From Minisyncoccota bacterium (GTDB lineage: Bacteria; Patescibacteriota; Minisyncoccia; Phycocordibacterales; GWA1-40-21), in assembly GCA_036171775.1 (NCBI GenBank), contig JAVHRR010000021.1:1-41097 (forward strand): 41,097 bases of DNA, read 5' to 3'. The notes under the pieces are model-generated. The model was not told where the DNA came from. It ran no database searches and was given only the letters and a program-made list of their open reading frames with translations. A program made the translations under genes and the position numbers. Position 1 is the first letter of the stretch. Every line of letters begins with the position of its first letter. Of the stretch, positions 36,757-41,097 are shown piece after piece.

Positions 36757-38013
36757 CTACAAAAAAAGTAAGTCGCGATCTAGATCATCTGAATCAGTCC
36801 CCTTTACTTCACGTTTGAGTGCATCATGAGTAGACGCAAGATAAACTAAGCGTTTTCCAAACTTATGTTCAAGTGTATCGATTTGTTTGTGTATTGCCTC
36901 AAGTTTGTCTTCCACAGTGGAGCCACCAAACAAATCACCCTGAGATGACTTGGCTGTATTAAGGTCCTGTAAAGTCACTCCTGTAGTACGATAAAGGACT
37001 TTTGGCAAATGCATCGCTTTAAATTGTTTATGCGCTAGCGCTATTAATGTTTCTGGTGCGTTCGAAGGTGTTGAAAGCTGAATTAAACAAGTTGTGTATT
37101 TAAAATCTTTAGTTTTAAGAAAAATTGAAAACTTTTTTGGCGTTAGTCCGTAATGTCTAGCTTTTCTACAGGCGTCTTCAATGTTTTTTGAAAGCTGAGA
37201 AAGAAGAAAAACTTTATCATTTGTTGATGGGTGAAATGAAAGCGTTTTTTGTATTGAGGAGTAAATAGTTTTTGGCTTAGGATCAAGCTCCATTACTAAT
37301 TCACACTTTAATTCTCGCCAGATAGCCTCGTAAGGTTTGGAAAGGTTTCCAACGATCCATTTAATATCTTTATTTACAAAATCTTGTGCTGTGTAAATCA
37401 TTTTCTTTTTAAGAAATTCGGAAGTCTTTGGACCAATGCCCCAGATTTTCTCTATTGATGTTTTGACAAGGAAGTCTGAAACTTTATCACTATTAATTAT
37501 GGTCAAACCATTTGGCTTTACCCATTTTGATGCGACTTTTGCCAAAACTTTTGTTGGTGCAATACCAACAGAGATAGATAAATCTAGCTCGTCCTTTATC
37601 TCACGCTTTATACGTTCTGCAATTTCTTTATAAGTCATTTTAAGCAAGGGCTCGAGTCCGGTAAGATCGGCGAAACATTCGTCTATACTATATTCTTCAA
37701 TATCATCGGCATATCTTCTAACAATATCAAACATCATTCCTGAATAGCGAACATAGGCTTGATAATCTCCTGGAAGAATAATAACGCTAGGAAAATCTTT
37801 CTTTACTCTAAATATTGGCATTCCGCGAACTATACCAATAGCTTTTGCTTCGTATGAAAGCGCTGAGACTATCCCCCTTTCTTCTCCAGTGACAACAGGC
37901 AATCCTCTGAGTTTTGGATTTTTAGCAACTTCTACGCCAACAAAAAAGGCATCCCCGTCCATATGAAGGATTACTCTCTCTGTTATTTTTTTGCCCAAGA
38001 TTGTACTGTTCAT
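36757..38013 (-). CDS. dinB: DNA polymerase IV (Y-family); start ATG 38013 or 38049
   Basis: ILHMDGDAFF, SYEAKAIGI, YSIDECF, SVGIAPTKVLAKVAS..KPNG, IWGIG. Confidence 0.95.
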   Translation of the reverse strand: MNSTILGKKITERVILHMDGDAFFVGVEVAKNPKLRGLPVVTGEERGIVSALSYEAKAIGIVRGMPIFRVKKDFPSVIILPGDYQAYVRYSGMMFDIVRRYADDIEEYSIDECFADLTGLEPLLKMTYKEIAERIKREIKDELDLSISVGIAPTKVLAKVASKWVKPNGLTIINSDKVSDFLVKTSIEKIWGIGPKTSEFLKKKMIYTAQDFVNKDIKWIVGNLSKPYEAIWRELKCELVMELDPKPKTIYSSIQKTLSFHPSTNDKVFLLSQLSKNIEDACRKARHYGLTPKKFSIFLKTKDFKYTTCLIQLSTPSNAPETLIALAHKQFKAMHLPKVLYRTTGVTLQDLNTAKSSQGDLFGGSTVEDKLEAIHKQIDTLEHKFGKRLVYLASTHDALKREVKGTDSDDLDRDLLFL

Positions 38014-38195
38014 ACGTCTATTATATGTAAAGTATTGAGTACTGTCCAAACAATCTGGTTTCCCGCAGGTAAACTTGATTATTGATATATTTGATAATAG
38101 AATATATCTAAGAGTAGCCCGACTACCAGTCTCATTTTTGACTGAAGATTAGTCACTACAGTCAAACCTATTTATTAGTTTTGTAAAAAATTGCA

Positions 38196-38465
38196 ATGGC
38201 AAAACAAGTTATAAAGAAAGATGGTAGTAAAGTACCATTTGACGCTAAGAAAATTATTAAAGGTATAACAAGAGCAGCTCAAGATGCAAAACTTGCTCCA
38301 GCAGAAATTAATAAACTGGTGAATGAAGTTTCTGCTACAGCGATACAATTTGCAGATTCAAAAGATAAGGTTATGTCTAGTGAAATAAGAGATGTTATTT
38401 TGTCCGAACTTGATAACAAGGCACCAAACGTGGCCTTTGAATGGAGAAAGTTTATGAACTCATAA
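38196..38465 (+). CDS. stand-alone ATP-cone domain protein
   Basis: QVIKKDGSKVPFDAKKI...SSEIRDVILSEL. Confidence 0.88.
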   Translation: MAKQVIKKDGSKVPFDAKKIIKGITRAAQDAKLAPAEINKLVNEVSATAIQFADSKDKVMSSEIRDVILSELDNKAPNVAFEWRKFMNS

Positions 38466-38483
38466 ACAAAATATAGTAATCAT

Positions 38484-38522
38484 AAAAAACCGCTTCGCCT
38501 TTAGAGAAGGGGCGGTTTTTTT
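38484..38522. terminator. bidirectional terminator
   Basis: AAAAAACCGCTTC...GGGGCGGTTTTTTT. Confidence 0.75.
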
Positions 38523-39543
38523 ATGATTTTTTTTGAATAAGTATTTTATACATATCCACCAATGATACAAAAAGTGACAAAACTATTGGTCCGAAAATAA
38601 ACCCAAGTGGTCCAAAGAAAATAATTCCTCCCAAGATTGAAAACAAAACAAAAATTGAAGGAACGTCTAAGCCTTTACCAAAGAAATATGCTACTAGTAG
38701 ATTGTCGATAAAAAAAGTGATCAAAATACCCAAGACAATCAGTATAATAACGGAAGCCAAATTACCATATAATAGTAAGTATATACATGCTGGAATAATA
38801 ACGATTGGTGTACCTATACCTGGAACAGCACCAATAATCCCAGCAATACTTCCCCACAATATAGCATCAGGAATACCTATAAAATAAAAAGACGAAGAGA
38901 CCAGAACAAAACGGATTAGTCCGACAAAAAGTGTTCCTCGTATAACAGAAGTAATCGTTCTATCTATTGAGCTTAAAATCTCCTTGTTTTGTGACTTTTC
39001 AAAAGGACTTAAAGAAATAAGTGAACTTAGCATCTTTTCTCCATCACGCAAAAAGAAAAAGAAAGTGAATAACAAAAGAAATGTTTGGAAAAATAAATAG
39101 GTAGTTTGTGACAATAAACCACCAAAATTACTAGATATAAACGTCAAAATATTATTAATAAGATCGGAAACGTTAAAAGAAAATGTTGGGATTATCTGTT
39201 GTACAAAATTATTAATACTGAATTGAATAGACTGTATATATTGACTTTGATCAGCTTGCGCTAATGAGAAAAAATTCTGTGCTTGTCCAGAAATTTGTAA
39301 CCCTAAAAATAAAATGGGTATTATCAAGAAAAATAAAGCAAAGGCCAGCAAAAGACTAGCAGAAAATGTTTTATTTCCCCAAAAAATATCTACAATTTTC
39401 TTGTAAAGTGGATAAAATAGAACCGAAAGAACCATTGCTAGAACTATAATATGTAAAAATGGTTTGAAAACAAAAAAAGTTAGGACGGACAATCCTGCGA
39501 TGAGCGTAGAAAACATTAGAAGCTCGAGTTTCTTATCCTGCAT
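38521..39543 (-). CDS. AI-2E family transporter
   Basis: Start ATG 39543; LFYPLY, FFFLRDG, AVPGIG, IDNLL, LGGIIFFGPLGFIFGP. Confidence 0.92.
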   Translation of the reverse strand: MQDKKLELLMFSTLIAGLSVLTFFVFKPFLHIIVLAMVLSVLFYPLYKKIVDIFWGNKTFSASLLLAFALFFLIIPILFLGLQISGQAQNFFSLAQADQSQYIQSIQFSINNFVQQIIPTFSFNVSDLINNILTFISSNFGGLLSQTTYLFFQTFLLLFTFFFFLRDGEKMLSSLISLSPFEKSQNKEILSSIDRTITSVIRGTLFVGLIRFVLVSSSFYFIGIPDAILWGSIAGIIGAVPGIGTPIVIIPACIYLLLYGNLASVIILIVLGILITFFIDNLLVAYFFGKGLDVPSIFVLFSILGGIIFFGPLGFIFGPIVLSLFVSLVDMYKILIQKKS

Positions 39544-39623
39544 ATCAAAATTGTAACATATTTTTATAGTAAGCAAAAACTGAAATTTAATAATGTTTTT
39601 TGCGCTTGTGATATAATGCTTGA

Positions 39624-40577
39624 ATGAAAAAACTATCAATAATCTATGTGGTAATACTTACTATAATATTACTAGTCTTGTCTGCTGGCGTTTACAAGTT
39701 TAATTTTACGAATAAAGATATTTATAATATAAACGGTACGCAAATCAACACACACGACGCTACATATACAATAAATGGTGAAAACGTAACACTTAAAAAT
39801 GGCATATCGGAAACTAAATCACCCACCGATTCTGCTTCAAAAACAATAACTCGCTACTTTGGAAACGATCTTCGACACGACCTTGATGGAGATGGTACCG
39901 AAGATGTTGCATTTCTTTTAACCCAAGAGACCGGCGGAAGTGGAGTATTTTATTATGTTGTTGCCTTGTTGAATACAGCAAATGGTCCTATAGGCTCAGA
40001 CGCTGTACTTCTAGGTGATCGTATAGCCCCACAAAATATCGTAATGGATGAAGGCGAAACAATTATGGGTACAAAAAGACAAAATGTGATTGTTGTTAAC
40101 TATGCAGACAGAAATCCTGGCGAGCCGATGACAACAAAACCAAGTCTTGGTAAAAGTATTTGGTTAAAATTAGATCCTAAAACAATGCAATTTGGAGAAG
40201 TCGCACAAAACTTTGAAGGCGAAGCGGATATTTCTAGAATGACTCTTGATACGAAAACCTGGAATTGGGTTAACACGGTATATAGTGATGATAAAAATGT
40301 TAAGCCACTTGTTGAAAATAAATTTACAATTACATTTAATAAAAACGGTACTTTTTCAGCAACAACAGATTGTAATAGTGTGGGTGGTGAATATATTGTT
40401 ACAAAAGATCGACAAATCACGTTTAGTAAAATGATGTCTACCTTAATGTACTGCGAAAACTCACAAGAAAGTGATTTTACGAAAATGCTTGAACAAACAC
40501 AAAGCTATATGTTCACCTCAAAAAAACAAATGGTTTTACTTCTTAAATATGATAGCGGCTCTGTGATTTTTAAATAA
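39624..40577 (+). CDS. secreted protein with a C-terminal META domain
   Basis: N-terminal TM; DLDGDGTED (Ca-binding-like); GGSGVFYY; TTDCNSVGGEY...STLMYC. Confidence 0.85.
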   Translation: MKKLSIIYVVILTIILLVLSAGVYKFNFTNKDIYNINGTQINTHDATYTINGENVTLKNGISETKSPTDSASKTITRYFGNDLRHDLDGDGTEDVAFLLTQETGGSGVFYYVVALLNTANGPIGSDAVLLGDRIAPQNIVMDEGETIMGTKRQNVIVVNYADRNPGEPMTTKPSLGKSIWLKLDPKTMQFGEVAQNFEGEADISRMTLDTKTWNWVNTVYSDDKNVKPLVENKFTITFNKNGTFSATTDCNSVGGEYIVTKDRQITFSKMMSTLMYCENSQESDFTKMLEQTQSYMFTSKKQMVLLLKYDSGSVIFK

Positions 40578-40590
40578 TCAATTGATTGCT

Positions 40591-40639
40591 AAACAAAAAA
40601 ACCACTTGGAAGCCCGGCTTCCAAGTGGTTTTTTTGTTT
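40591..40639. terminator. bidirectional terminator
   Basis: AAACAAAAAAACCACTTGGAAGC-CCG-GCTTCCAAGTGGTTTTTTTGTTT. Confidence 0.9.
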
Positions 40640-40654
40640 ATATTTTTAATAAAT

Positions 40655-41097
40655 TTATTCCCCTTTATCGTATCTCTCCAAATAAGAAGTTAGCTGTCTG
40701 TTTACCTTCAAAAACGTGGCTCTCTTAGGAAACTCCTTAAGCTGTCTTGCTCCAATATATGTCGCTGTACTTCTTAGAGAACCCGTAAGCTCTTGGATAA
40801 AATCATTTAAATCACCCTTATGTGGCATTAGAACATATCTCCCCTCACTTGCCCTATATTCTGCCTTCTTTCCATAATAATCCACCATGGCTTTATTTGA
40901 AGATGAACCGAAAAATTCTTTAAACTTTTTTCCGTCTTTTACGATAGTTTCTCCGCCGCTTTGTTCGTATCCAGAAAATAATGATCCGCACATATTAAAA
41001 TCGGCACCGCCACAAAAAGCTTTTGCAATATCTGATGGATATTGTTGTCCGCCATCAGCTATTATTCTTCCCACACCTCGCTCATTGGCTACTCCAT
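40655..41097 (-). CDS. guaC: GMP reductase, C-terminal part (5'-truncated)
   Basis: IIADGG..PSDIAKAF.GGADF.M.GS, FFGSSS, YRASEGR, GSLRSTATYIGA..LKE..KRATF. Confidence 0.9.
   Translation of the reverse strand, partial: GVANERGVGRIIADGGQQYPSDIAKAFCGGADFNMCGSLFSGYEQSGGETIVKDGKKFKEFFGSSSNKAMVDYYGKKAEYRASEGRYVLMPHKGDLNDFIQELTGSLRSTATYIGARQLKEFPKRATFLKVNRQLTSYLERYDKGE

Noticed and set aside
1-41097. CRISPR array or rRNA
   Set aside because: No regularly spaced repeat-spacer series, cas genes or rRNA-like sequence seen.

Overview
AT-rich bacterial chromosome segment whose gene content and style (compact AT-rich genes mostly without SD motifs, tRNAs without encoded CCA, short DnaX) suggest Patescibacteria/CPR (Parcubacteria-like); this taxonomy is an inference. 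Housekeeping genes are dnaX, a Dus enzyme, def-fmt, hpf/raiA, mltG, dinB, an ABC exporter, an AI-2E transporter and a partial guaC. The window starts at the end of a probable island integrated at tRNA-Gln. It also holds a ~15.6 kb island at the 3' end of tRNA-Asn (att-like repeat 11852-11871 / 27502-27521). That island encodes a large serine recombinase, a helicase-methylase R-M gene split by one in-frame TAA, a UG/Abi-type reverse transcriptase operon and several PD-(D/E)XK nucleases. It also carries phage-satellite-like parts: a ParB-methylase, a terminase-small-subunit-like HTH protein, a Mu Com-like zinc ribbon, and a structured leader built like the P1 c4 / P4 CI antisense RNAs. Outside the island are three promoter-to-terminator units with no credible ORF (candidate ncRNAs, one about 550 nt), an ArsR gene bracketed by 25-bp inverted repeats, and inverted copies of both tRNA-Asn ends. 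All family calls come from motif recognition by eye; no database searches were run.
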